Shown here: piece by piece, positions 50,374 to 58,548 of the stretch | Numbering within the stretch: the stretch's first letter is position 1 | How the letters are laid out: each line of letters starts with the position of its first letter | Assembly: GCA_947448845.1 (NCBI GenBank) | Contig: CANFOX010000001.1 | Coordinates: 216 to 64,215 of the forward strand | Length of the DNA stretch: 64,000 nt | From: Microbacteriaceae bacterium | Lineage (GTDB): Bacteria > Actinomycetota > Actinomycetes > Actinomycetales > Microbacteriaceae | Direction of reading: 5' to 3' | Program-made: the position numbers and the translations under genes | Notes under the pieces: generated by a model | What the model was told of the DNA's origin: nothing | The model's database searches: none | Seen by the model: only the letters and a program-made list of their open reading frames with translations

Positions 50374-50997
50374 ATGCCACTGACTCCCGAAGATGTAGTC
50401 AATAAGAGGTTTCAGCCAACCAAGTTCCGCGAAGGTTACGACCAAGATGAGGTAGACGACTTTCTCGATGAGGTCGTCGTTGAGATGCGTCGCATCAATC
50501 AAGAGAACGAAGATCTTCGTCAAAGACTCTTGGCATCTGAATCTCGAATTGCCGAACTTCAGCGCAGTGGCGCCGGCTTAGTAAATCAGCTCGAATCTGA
50601 TGCCGCCGCAACCGCAGTTGCCAGCGTTGCACCGAGCAACTTTCCTGAGGCAGTTGCAGACCCTGCTCAGCTTGATGGAAACGCTACCAATTACCTACTT
50701 TCTTTGGCTCGCAAGTTGCACGATGAGCACGTCAAAGAGGGAATGGAAAAACGCGATGCCCTCATTCAAGAAGGCCACGCTACCGCCGCTCGCGTGGTTC
50801 GCGAGGCAGAGGCTCAGCAGCGCGCCGAGTTCGGTCGCCTAGAGCAAGAGAAGGCATTGCTCGAGCACCGAATTCAAGAGTTGAGTGCTTTTGAGCGTGA
50901 CTACCGAACCAAGTTGAAGGCATACATCGAAACCTTCCTAGAAGACCTCAGCAACACCGGAACCGACACCGGCACGAACCCTGCCATCGGTTACTAG
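50374..50997 (+). CDS. divIVA: DivIVA/Wag31
   Basis: LTPEDVVNKRF...GYDQDEVDDFLD, coiled coil, FERDYRTKLK; -10 TACAAT at 50333. Confidence 0.95.
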   Translation: MPLTPEDVVNKRFQPTKFREGYDQDEVDDFLDEVVVEMRRINQENEDLRQRLLASESRIAELQRSGAGLVNQLESDAAATAVASVAPSNFPEAVADPAQLDGNATNYLLSLARKLHDEHVKEGMEKRDALIQEGHATAARVVREAEAQQRAEFGRLEQEKALLEHRIQELSAFERDYRTKLKAYIETFLEDLSNTGTDTGTNPAIGY

Positions 50998-51001
50998 GTT
51001 T

Positions 51002-51469
51002 TTGCGAAAGTACTGGCCGGTAGCGCTTTTCGCGCTAATCGTGGTGATTCTTGATCAGTCAACCAAAGCAATTGCGATAGCAAACTTGACCCCTGGGGTA
51101 GAGACACATTTTCTTGGTTCGCTGCTTAGCTGGTTCTTGATCTTCAACAACAGTGCAGCATTCTCGCTTGGGTACGGCCAAACTTGGATTTTTACGCTTA
51201 TCGGCATTGGTGCTCTCGTTGCCCTCGGCTGGTATCTTCGTCGGGTAAAACAAACATCCTGGATGATTTTGGCCGGATTGTTAGCCGGTGGAATTCTTGG
51301 CAACTTAGTTGACCGAATTTTTCGGTCTCCTGGTTTTGGCCGAGGTTTGGTCGTTGACTTTATTCAGATTCCCTTCAACTTTCCCATTTTCAATTTGGCA
51401 GACTCGGCGATTGTGTGTGTTGCCGTCACGGTAGTCATCAGAGTGATGCTCGGCCACAAAGTGAAATGA
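51002..51469 (+). CDS. lspA: Lipoprotein signal peptidase II
   Basis: DQSTK, NSAAFS, GNLVDR, VVDFI, FNLAD. Confidence 0.95.
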   Translation: MRKYWPVALFALIVVILDQSTKAIAIANLTPGVETHFLGSLLSWFLIFNNSAAFSLGYGQTWIFTLIGIGALVALGWYLRRVKQTSWMILAGLLAGGILGNLVDRIFRSPGFGRGLVVDFIQIPFNFPIFNLADSAIVCVAVTVVIRVMLGHKVK

Positions 51470-52389
51470 CGATACGAAATTACCTTGTGCCACCGTCTTT
51501 GGCAGGCCTTCGCGCCGATGCCGGTTTAGCCAAACTCACCGGCATGTCTCGCACTACTTCTGCTGAATTGCTATCGGCAGGCCGCGTCACTATGAATGGC
51601 AAGGTGATTGATAAATCGGTCACTCTGGTTGACGAAGCCGAACTCGAGGTGACTTTGCCTGAACCGCTGAACCCACTCGAAGTCAAAGAATCGCCGGTAT
51701 CCGACTTTCGCATCGTGTTTCAAGACGATCACCTTGTTGTAGTTGACAAACCGGCCGGGGTAGCAGCTCATCCTTCGGTCGGATGGGATGGCCCAACCGT
51801 TCCTGGGGCGCTATTGGCACTCGGTGTGCAGTTGAGCACCTCGGGTGCGGCCGAGCGTCAGGGCATCGTGCAGCGCCTTGACGTTGGCACCAGCGGGCTA
51901 ATGGTGCTTGCCAAGAGTGAGCTTGCCTATTCGCGTTTGAAGCAGGCCTTTCGAGACCGCAGCGTTCACAAGACCTATCACGCACTGGTTCAGGGTCACC
52001 CAGACCCAGCGTCAGGCACCATCGATGCACCAATTGGTAGAAGCCCAAAGTTTGAATTCAAATTCACTGTGAGCCCCGATGGTAAGCCTTCGGTGACTCA
52101 CTATTCGACGCTAGAACTGATGCGCGCGGCAGCCCTTCTGGAAATCATTCTGGAAACCGGGCGTACCCACCAAATTCGAGTGCATTTCTCGGCGTTCCAC
52201 CATCCGCTAGTTGGTGATTCCATGTATGGCGGCGACCCAACTCTTGCCACCAAATTTGGCATTGATCGGCAATGGCTGCACGCCGTCAAACTGAGTTTTG
52301 ATCACCCAATCACGGGTGAACCTGTGAGTTTTGAATCGCCCTACTCGCCAGATTTGGTGGCTTCACTCGAAGCTGCTCGCAATTATTGA
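51466..52389 (+). CDS. RluA/RluD family pseudouridine synthase
   Basis: DKPAG, GIVQRLDVGTSG, ETGRTHQIRVH, GDSMYG, LHA; ATG 51466 (ATGA overlap). Confidence 0.93.
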   Translation: MTIRNYLVPPSLAGLRADAGLAKLTGMSRTTSAELLSAGRVTMNGKVIDKSVTLVDEAELEVTLPEPLNPLEVKESPVSDFRIVFQDDHLVVVDKPAGVAAHPSVGWDGPTVPGALLALGVQLSTSGAAERQGIVQRLDVGTSGLMVLAKSELAYSRLKQAFRDRSVHKTYHALVQGHPDPASGTIDAPIGRSPKFEFKFTVSPDGKPSVTHYSTLELMRAAALLEIILETGRTHQIRVHFSAFHHPLVGDSMYGGDPTLATKFGIDRQWLHAVKLSFDHPITGEPVSFESPYSPDLVASLEAARNY

Positions 52390-52464
52390 AACACCCGCGT
52401 TCACCTCAGGGTATCCGCCGCCTTGCCGATTAGGCTTTGCATTGAAAACAACAAGGAGTGCTGG

Positions 52465-55400
52465 GTGTCAAAAGATTCGTTTGTGCACCTTCATGTGCAT
52501 ACCGAATACTCCATGCTTGATGGGGCAGCGCGCGTTCGGCCGCTAATTGAGCGCGCCGCCGAATACGGCATGCCTGCGATCGGCATTTCAGACCACGGTA
52601 ACAACTACGGGTCGTTTGATTTTTACAAAACCGCCAAGGATGTTGGTATCAAGCCAATTATTGGCATCGAGGCTTACCTGGCGCCCGGCCGCCGAACCGA
52701 CCGCACTCGCGTTCGATGGGGTGACGGTGGCGAAGACGATGTTTCCGGTTCGGGTGCCTACACCCACCTGACCATGTTTGCTGAAAACACTGCCGGTATG
52801 CACAACCTTTTCAAGCTTTCTTCGTATGCCTGGTTGGAAGGTTTTTACACCAAGCCAAGAATGGATATCGAGCTACTTCAGCAATACGGCAAGGGAATCA
52901 TTGCAACCACTGGATGCCCATCCGGCGAAGTTCAAACTAGGTTGCGGTTGGGTCAGTTTGATGAGGCCCTCGAAGCTGCAGCTAAGTTTCGGGATATCTT
53001 TGGCAAAGAGAACTACTTCGTAGAGCTCATGGATCACGACATTGGCATTGAAAAGCGAGGAATGCAGGGCCTTATCGAGATCTCGAAAAAGTTAGACATT
53101 CCCTTGGTGGCAACCAACGATCTTCACTATGTTGATGTTGGCGATTCGCACTTTCAAGAGCTATTGCTGGCGCTTCAAAGCGGCACCAACATTGACGACC
53201 CAAAACGTTGGAAATTCGATGGCGCGGAGTATTACCTAAAAACCGCGGCCCAAATGCGAAACATTTTTAAAGAATTTCCAGAGGCCTGCGACAACACTCT
53301 TTTAATAGCGGATCGCTGCAATATCGAATTCGAAGAGAACCAATCGCTTATGCCGCAGTTCCCACTTCCGGTTGGCGAGACCGAGGCAAGCTGGTTTGCC
53401 AAAGAGGTGATGGTTGGGCTTCAAAGGCGGCTCGGCCCAAATCCGCCTGAAGAATATCGTCGTCAAGCCGACTACGAAACCGAAGTAATCAACAACATGA
53501 AATTCCCCGGCTACTTTTTGGTGGTTGCAGACTTCATTGACTGGGCAAGAAAGCAGGGCATTCGAGTTGGCCCCGGCCGTGGCTCGGCAGCCGGTTCTGT
53601 GGTGGCATGGGCGCTTGGCATTACCGAACTTGACCCGATTAAGCACGGATTGATCTTCGAGCGATTTTTGAACCCAGCCCGTGTTTCTATGCCAGATATT
53701 GACGTTGACTTCGATGATCGCCGCCGCGGTGAAGTGATTCGCTATGTTACCGAGAAATACGGTGAAGACCACGTCGCCCAAATTGTGACCTTCAGCAATA
53801 TCAAAGCCAAGGCTGCTCTGAAAGATGCCGCTCGAGTTCTTGCCAAACCATATTCCATTGGCGACAAACTCACCAAGGCCATGCCGCCAATGGTGCTTGG
53901 TCGAGATGTAACTCTTGGCGAACTTGTAGACGCACCAGCCAAAGACGACAAAGACAGTCGCTACAAAGAGGGCGAAGAGTTTCGTAACCTGATTAACACC
54001 GATTCCGACTGTCGAGAAGTTTTTGACCTAGCCCGAGGCTGGGAAGGATTGAAGCGGCAACCGGGTGTGCATGCGGCCGGCGTGATTATGGCATCCAAGC
54101 CACTCATGGAACTCATCCCGGTATTTCGACGTGAAGAAACTGGGCCTATGACTACCCAGTTCGATCAACCACCGTGCGAAAAACTCGGCTTGGTGAAGAT
54201 GGACTTCTTGGGTCTTCGAAACCTTACGGTCATGGATGACGCGATTGCCTCGATTAAGCGCAATCACGGTGTTGAAGTGGTGCTCGAAGAACTTGACCTA
54301 AACGCCGATCAGGCAACCTACGACCTGCTGGCGCGCGGTGAAACATTGGGTGTTTTTCAGCTCGACGGTGACAAAATGCGCTCTCTACTGAAAATGTTGA
54401 AGCCAACCGAATTCGAGCACATCTCGGCCGTAATTGCGCTGTATCGCCCGGGCCCGATGGGCATGAACTCGCACATCAACTACGCACTTCGCAAGAATGG
54501 CCAGCAAGAGATTCAAGGTATTTCAAAGGAACTAGAGGCACCACTCGAAGAGGTACTTGGCCCAACCTATGGGCTTATCGTTTACCAAGAGCAGGTTATG
54601 GCGGTAGCGCAAAAAGTTGCCGGCTTTAGCCTGGCTCAAGCCGACCTGCTTCGCCGAGCCATGGGTAAGAAAAAGAAAGAAGAGCTAGACGAACAGTTCG
54701 TAGCTTTCGAAGCCGGCATGAAAGAAAACGGCTTTTCCAAAGAGGCTGTAAAGGTTCTTTGGGAAACCCTGCTGCCGTTTGCCGACTACGCCTTCAACAA
54801 GTCGCACAGCGCCGGCTACGGCGTCGTTAGTTACTGGACGGCCTATCTAAAGGCTAACTATCCGGCCGAATACCTGGCAGCGCTGCTTTCATCGGTTGCC
54901 GACACCAAAGACAAGCTCGCGATTTACCTGAGCGAAGCCAGACGTTTCGGCATTCGAGTGCTTCCGCCAGATGTAAACGAATCGTTTGCGGCCTTTAGCG
55001 CTGTTGGCGACGACATCCGTTTCGGTCTTGGAGCGGTGCGTAACGTGGGTCTCAACGTGGTTGAAGGAATAGTGTCGGCAAGAACCGAAAAAGGCGCCTT
55101 CACGTCGTTCAATGACTTTCTCACCAAGGTGCCAGCGTCGGTATGCTCAAGGCGAGTAATCGAGTCGCTGATCAATGCCGGTGCCTTTGATTCGCTTGGC
55201 CACACTCGCAGAAGTTTGAACGAAATCTTTGAACACGCCGTGGATTTTTACGCCGGCAACAAAAAGCAAGAAGCCAGCGGAGCCATCGACCTTTTCGACG
55301 CTTTCTTTGGGGCAGAAGAGGCCGGCATCGAAATACCGGTGCTGCCAGAGTGGGGTAAAAAAGACAAGCTCGCCCGCGAACGCGACATGCTTGGGCTCTA

Positions 55401-56103
55401 CGTTAGCGACCACCCGCTTTCCGGTCGCGAGGCTCAACTCATGCGCAGCTCTGAGCGTTCCATCGCAGATCTGGTAGCCAACGACGAAATCAAGGATGGC
55501 GAACTAGTCACCATCGCCGGATTAATTACTTCTATGCAGCACAAGGTGGCGCGCAATTCTGGAAAACAGTACGGCATTCTGACCCTTGAGGATTTTGAGG
55601 GTGAAGTGAACGTAATGCTGCTTGGCCGTAACTACGACGAGTACGCTGGCAAACTCAAAACCGACATTGTGGTGAGTTTGCGCGGCAGGGTTAGTGTTCG
55701 AGACGATGGAAAAAGCGTTCACGCCCAAGCCATCGAGGTTCTTGAGGCTAGCAACGAAGAAGACTCCGGGCCAATTTCTCTTCACCTAAATGAATCCGAA
55801 GCCAATCGCGAAAACCTCGCCGAACTTACCAGAATGCTTAGTGTTCATCCGGGTAAAAATGAGGTTCAGATCACGCTTTACAAGGTAAACGGCGAGCGTT
55901 CAACCTTTCGGCTGCCGCAACTGGTGAAACCATCTGCTGATCTCTATGCAGAGATCAAAGCCCTCTTTGGCATAGCGAGCCTAAGAGTTCCGGTTGCTGA
56001 GTTGGGTGCCCAAGCCCCGGTATTCCCTTTGGTGGTAGAGCAAAGCGCCACCACTTTCACCCACGAGTCCCTGTTCGATGTCGACAATGACGACGGCGTT
56101 TGA
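52465..56103 (+). CDS. dnaE: DNA polymerase III subunit alpha
   Basis: HLHVHTEYSMLDG, GPGRGSAAGS, MPDIDVDF, HAAGV, KMDFLGLRNL, YAFNKSHS, OB fold; GTG 52465 follows AAGGAG and -10 TAGGCT at 52430. Confidence 0.98.
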   Translation: MSKDSFVHLHVHTEYSMLDGAARVRPLIERAAEYGMPAIGISDHGNNYGSFDFYKTAKDVGIKPIIGIEAYLAPGRRTDRTRVRWGDGGEDDVSGSGAYTHLTMFAENTAGMHNLFKLSSYAWLEGFYTKPRMDIELLQQYGKGIIATTGCPSGEVQTRLRLGQFDEALEAAAKFRDIFGKENYFVELMDHDIGIEKRGMQGLIEISKKLDIPLVATNDLHYVDVGDSHFQELLLALQSGTNIDDPKRWKFDGAEYYLKTAAQMRNIFKEFPEACDNTLLIADRCNIEFEENQSLMPQFPLPVGETEASWFAKEVMVGLQRRLGPNPPEEYRRQADYETEVINNMKFPGYFLVVADFIDWARKQGIRVGPGRGSAAGSVVAWALGITELDPIKHGLIFERFLNPARVSMPDIDVDFDDRRRGEVIRYVTEKYGEDHVAQIVTFSNIKAKAALKDAARVLAKPYSIGDKLTKAMPPMVLGRDVTLGELVDAPAKDDKDSRYKEGEEFRNLINTDSDCREVFDLARGWEGLKRQPGVHAAGVIMASKPLMELIPVFRREETGPMTTQFDQPPCEKLGLVKMDFLGLRNLTVMDDAIASIKRNHGVEVVLEELDLNADQATYDLLARGETLGVFQLDGDKMRSLLKMLKPTEFEHISAVIALYRPGPMGMNSHINYALRKNGQQEIQGISKELEAPLEEVLGPTYGLIVYQEQVMAVAQKVAGFSLAQADLLRRAMGKKKKEELDEQFVAFEAGMKENGFSKEAVKVLWETLLPFADYAFNKSHSAGYGVVSYWTAYLKANYPAEYLAALLSSVADTKDKLAIYLSEARRFGIRVLPPDVNESFAAFSAVGDDIRFGLGAVRNVGLNVVEGIVSARTEKGAFTSFNDFLTKVPASVCSRRVIESLINAGAFDSLGHTRRSLNEIFEHAVDFYAGNKKQEASGAIDLFDAFFGAEEAGIEIPVLPEWGKKDKLARERDMLGLYVSDHPLSGREAQLMRSSERSIADLVANDEIKDGELVTIAGLITSMQHKVARNSGKQYGILTLEDFEGEVNVMLLGRNYDEYAGKLKTDIVVSLRGRVSVRDDGKSVHAQAIEVLEASNEEDSGPISLHLNESEANRENLAELTRMLSVHPGKNEVQITLYKVNGERSTFRLPQLVKPSADLYAEIKALFGIASLRVPVAELGAQAPVFPLVVEQSATTFTHESLFDVDNDDGV

Positions 56104-56490
56104 TTCCACATTATGAATCTCTCTGATTTTGCCAATGGCAACCGAAGATGCCTGCTCGAAAATCGGTAGGTTATGTGGCCCACGAAACCAATCGTCGTCT
56201 AAGAATCTGAGTTCGTGCGGTGACGACATTTTTACGGCAAGCAGCATGTCTTTCTCGCTCAGGGTATGCAGTGCCACAAAGCTGCTATCACACAGGGCCT
56301 TCCAGCTGCTTGAACCACTGGCGACATTAAATGTTGCGAGCGGAGGATTTGCGCCGAGCGAAGTTACTGACGTTGCGGTGAATCCATATGGATTGCCAGC
56401 TGAGTCAATCAATGTAATTACGGCCACCCCTGAAGCGTGGCGACGAAAAAATGCCAGTAATGCTTCTTTTGGGTCTGATTCTGGTTGCAA
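55981..56490 (-). CDS. Flavin reductase-like protein (HpaC/RutF family)
   Basis: FRRHASGVAVIT, GFTATSVTSLGANPP, LLYHQREY; TTG 56490 follows SD AGGAG and -10 TAGTCT; overlaps dnaE 3' end by 123 bp. Confidence 0.85.
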   Translation of the reverse strand: MQPESDPKEALLAFFRRHASGVAVITLIDSAGNPYGFTATSVTSLGANPPLATFNVASGSSSWKALCDSSFVALHTLSEKDMLLAVKMSSPHELRFLDDDWFRGPHNLPIFEQASSVAIGKIREIHNVESNAVVIVDIEQGLVGESGGALLYHQREYRGLGTQLSNRNS

Positions 56491-56553
56491 TTCGGCTCCT
56501 ACCGTCGAGACAAGACTACCTAGCCCTAAAATTGGTGCAAAGTCAGGAGTTTC

Positions 56554-57870
56554 GTGAATCAGATATTGCGCGTTGTGGATTTGCGTCATAAATCATTTGA
56601 TTCCACGATGGTGAATTCCCTGGTTCCCCGGGCAGCGATCAACATCGAGGCTGCCGCGGAGTCGATTGCTGAACTGCTTACTGAGGTTTCGCAAAACCCA
56701 CTTGAGACCGTTACTCGAATTACCCTAGAGCGCGACGGTTTCGACCCCAACCCGTTATGGGTGCAAGAGGCGGAATTCGAAAGTGCTCTCGTAGCGCTCG
56801 ATCCTGCACTCAGAAACTCCATTGAAACGGCTATCTCTAGGGTTTCCAAGGTTTCGCGCGCCAATCTGCCGCATGCCACCTCGGTAACTCTCGACGATGG
56901 GGCTCAGGTGAGTCAGCGGTGGGTGCCAGTTGATTCGGTAGGCCTTTATGTTCCAGGTGGCAAAGCCGTGTATCCGTCAAGCGTGGTTATGAACGTGGTT
57001 CCCGCGCAGGTTGCCGGGGTAAAAGATTTGGTGATTGCAACACCTGGGCAGACTGCCTTCGGGGGTAGGCCACACCCTACGGTGTTGGCCACAGCCGCAC
57101 TTTTGGGGGTTCGCCGGGTTTTGAATCTTGGTGGCCCACTAGCCATTGCAGCTTTGGCTTTCGGAATCGAAGATATTTCGTTAGCTCCTGTGACTATGGT
57201 GACTGGGCCAGGAAACATTTACGTAGCTGCTGCCAAACGCGCACTGCGAGGTCGAATCGGAATCGATTCTGAGGCAGGAACCACCGAGATTCTGGTTATT
57301 GCAGATGATTCCGCAAACCCAAAGTTTGTGGCAGCCGATTTGATCTCACAGGCTGAACATGACGAAGCCGCGGCAAGTGTATTGGTAACCGATTCCATCG
57401 AGCTTGCGAATGCCGTGCAACTTGAACTTTCGCTGCAGCTTGCTAAAACGGCACAAAGGCAAAGAGTTGGTTCGGCACTGAGCGGTCAACAATCCGCGCT
57501 GGTGTTGGTGGCTGATTTGGCCGCGGCGGTGCAGTTTGCCAATTCTTACGCCACCGAGCACCTAGAACTGCAAACGCGAGTAAATCAAACCTTGCTGCAC
57601 ACAGTTAGTAACGCCGGCGCGGTTTTCGTTGGCGATTATTCGCCGGTTAGTTTGGGCGATTATCTGGCCGGTTCAAACCACGTTCTACCTACCGGTCAGC
57701 AGGCCAAGTTCGGCTCTGGGTTGGGCGTTCACACCTTTTTGCGAGCCCAACAGATAATCAACTACTCAGCGGATGCCCTTAGGCAGGTAGCCGACTTGGT
57801 TGATGGGTTCGCACGCGCTGAGGGGCTGAGCGCTCACGGAGATGCTGTAACAATTCGGTTCAATATTTAG
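56554..57870 (+). CDS. hisD: Histidinol dehydrogenase
   Basis: GLYVPGGKA.YPSS, GPGNIYV, SQAEHD, EHLE, GDYLAGSNHVLPT; SD AGGAG. Confidence 0.96.
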   Translation: MNQILRVVDLRHKSFDSTMVNSLVPRAAINIEAAAESIAELLTEVSQNPLETVTRITLERDGFDPNPLWVQEAEFESALVALDPALRNSIETAISRVSKVSRANLPHATSVTLDDGAQVSQRWVPVDSVGLYVPGGKAVYPSSVVMNVVPAQVAGVKDLVIATPGQTAFGGRPHPTVLATAALLGVRRVLNLGGPLAIAALAFGIEDISLAPVTMVTGPGNIYVAAAKRALRGRIGIDSEAGTTEILVIADDSANPKFVAADLISQAEHDEAAASVLVTDSIELANAVQLELSLQLAKTAQRQRVGSALSGQQSALVLVADLAAAVQFANSYATEHLELQTRVNQTLLHTVSNAGAVFVGDYSPVSLGDYLAGSNHVLPTGQQAKFGSGLGVHTFLRAQQIINYSADALRQVADLVDGFARAEGLSAHGDAVTIRFNI

Positions 57871-57911
57871 CTAAATCGGGCCGATTTCGGCATTTTTCTG
57901 CTTCAAATAAG

Positions 57912-57922
57912 GCGACACGCCG
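57912..57922 (+). promoter_or_regulatory. GCGACACGCCG motif (putative WhiA site) upstream of nrdR-nrdJ
   Basis: Third exact copy of the motif; candidate promoter TTGCAT(57937)-17 bp-CAAGAT(57960). Confidence 0.5.
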
Positions 57923-57956
57923 AACTGCATCTAAATTTGCATCATTTGCCCTCAAA

Positions 57957-58003
57957 CCACAAGATATAGGGGTCGGTGTGAGAAAAGACTCCACATCTTG
58001 TGG
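57957..58003 (+). promoter_or_regulatory. Tandem NrdR boxes
   Basis: CCACAAGATATAGGGG (57957-57972) and ACTCCACATCTTGTGG (57988-58003) fit acaCwAtATaTwGtgt; starts 31 bp apart. Confidence 0.88.
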
Positions 58004-58022
58004 AGAGATTTTGCACCGACCC

Positions 58023-58031
58023 TGTGGATAA
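58023..58031 (-). promoter_or_regulatory. Perfect DnaA box in the nrdR leader
   Basis: TGTGGATAA is the reverse complement of TTATCCACA. Confidence 0.6.
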
Positions 58032-58045
58032 CTAAGGGGAAGTCG

Positions 58046-58510
58046 ATGTTTTGCCCGTTCTGTCGTCACCCAGATTCGCGAGTCATGGACTCACGCACAT
58101 CTGATGATGGAACTTCAATACGTCGTCGTCGCCAATGTCCAGAGTGCGGCAAGCGTTTCAGCACCACCGAAACCTCGAGCCTGAGCGTGATGAAGCGAAG
58201 CGGAGTCACCGAAGGATTTAGTCGCGACAAGATCGTAAATGGCGTTCGCAAAGCCTGTCAGGGCAGACCGGTCACCGAATCTGATTTGGCAGTTCTGGCT
58301 CAAAGAGTCGAAGAAACCATACGGGCCACTGGTGTGGCTCAGGTTGACGCCAACGAAATCGGGCTTGCCATTCTCGAGCCATTGCGCGAGCTTGATGAAG
58401 TCGCCTTCATGCGCTTTGCCAGTGTCTATCAGGGTTGGGAATCGCTCGATGATTTCGAAGACGCTATCAAGCTGCTTCGACTCGAGCACGAAGCCACCGA
58501 ACAGATTTAG
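58046..58510 (+). CDS. nrdR: Transcriptional repressor NrdR
   Basis: CPFC..DSR...[15 protein letters not shown] zinc ribbon, ATP cone, RFASVY; ATG 58046. Confidence 0.97.
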   Translation: MFCPFCRHPDSRVMDSRTSDDGTSIRRRRQCPECGKRFSTTETSSLSVMKRSGVTEGFSRDKIVNGVRKACQGRPVTESDLAVLAQRVEETIRATGVAQVDANEIGLAILEPLRELDEVAFMRFASVYQGWESLDDFEDAIKLLRLEHEATEQI

Positions 58511-58548
58511 CCAGAAGCAAACGGATTTAGAAAGAAAGAGAGCACAGA

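Noticed and set aside
56100-56125. ACATTATG as part of a dif site
   Set aside because: Only an 8-nt partial match inside a coding region; the XerC arm and the rest of the XerD arm are missing.
58023-58031. DnaA box as evidence for oriC
   Set aside because: Single perfect box, no cluster, and no dnaA/dnaN nearby; treated as a regulatory site.
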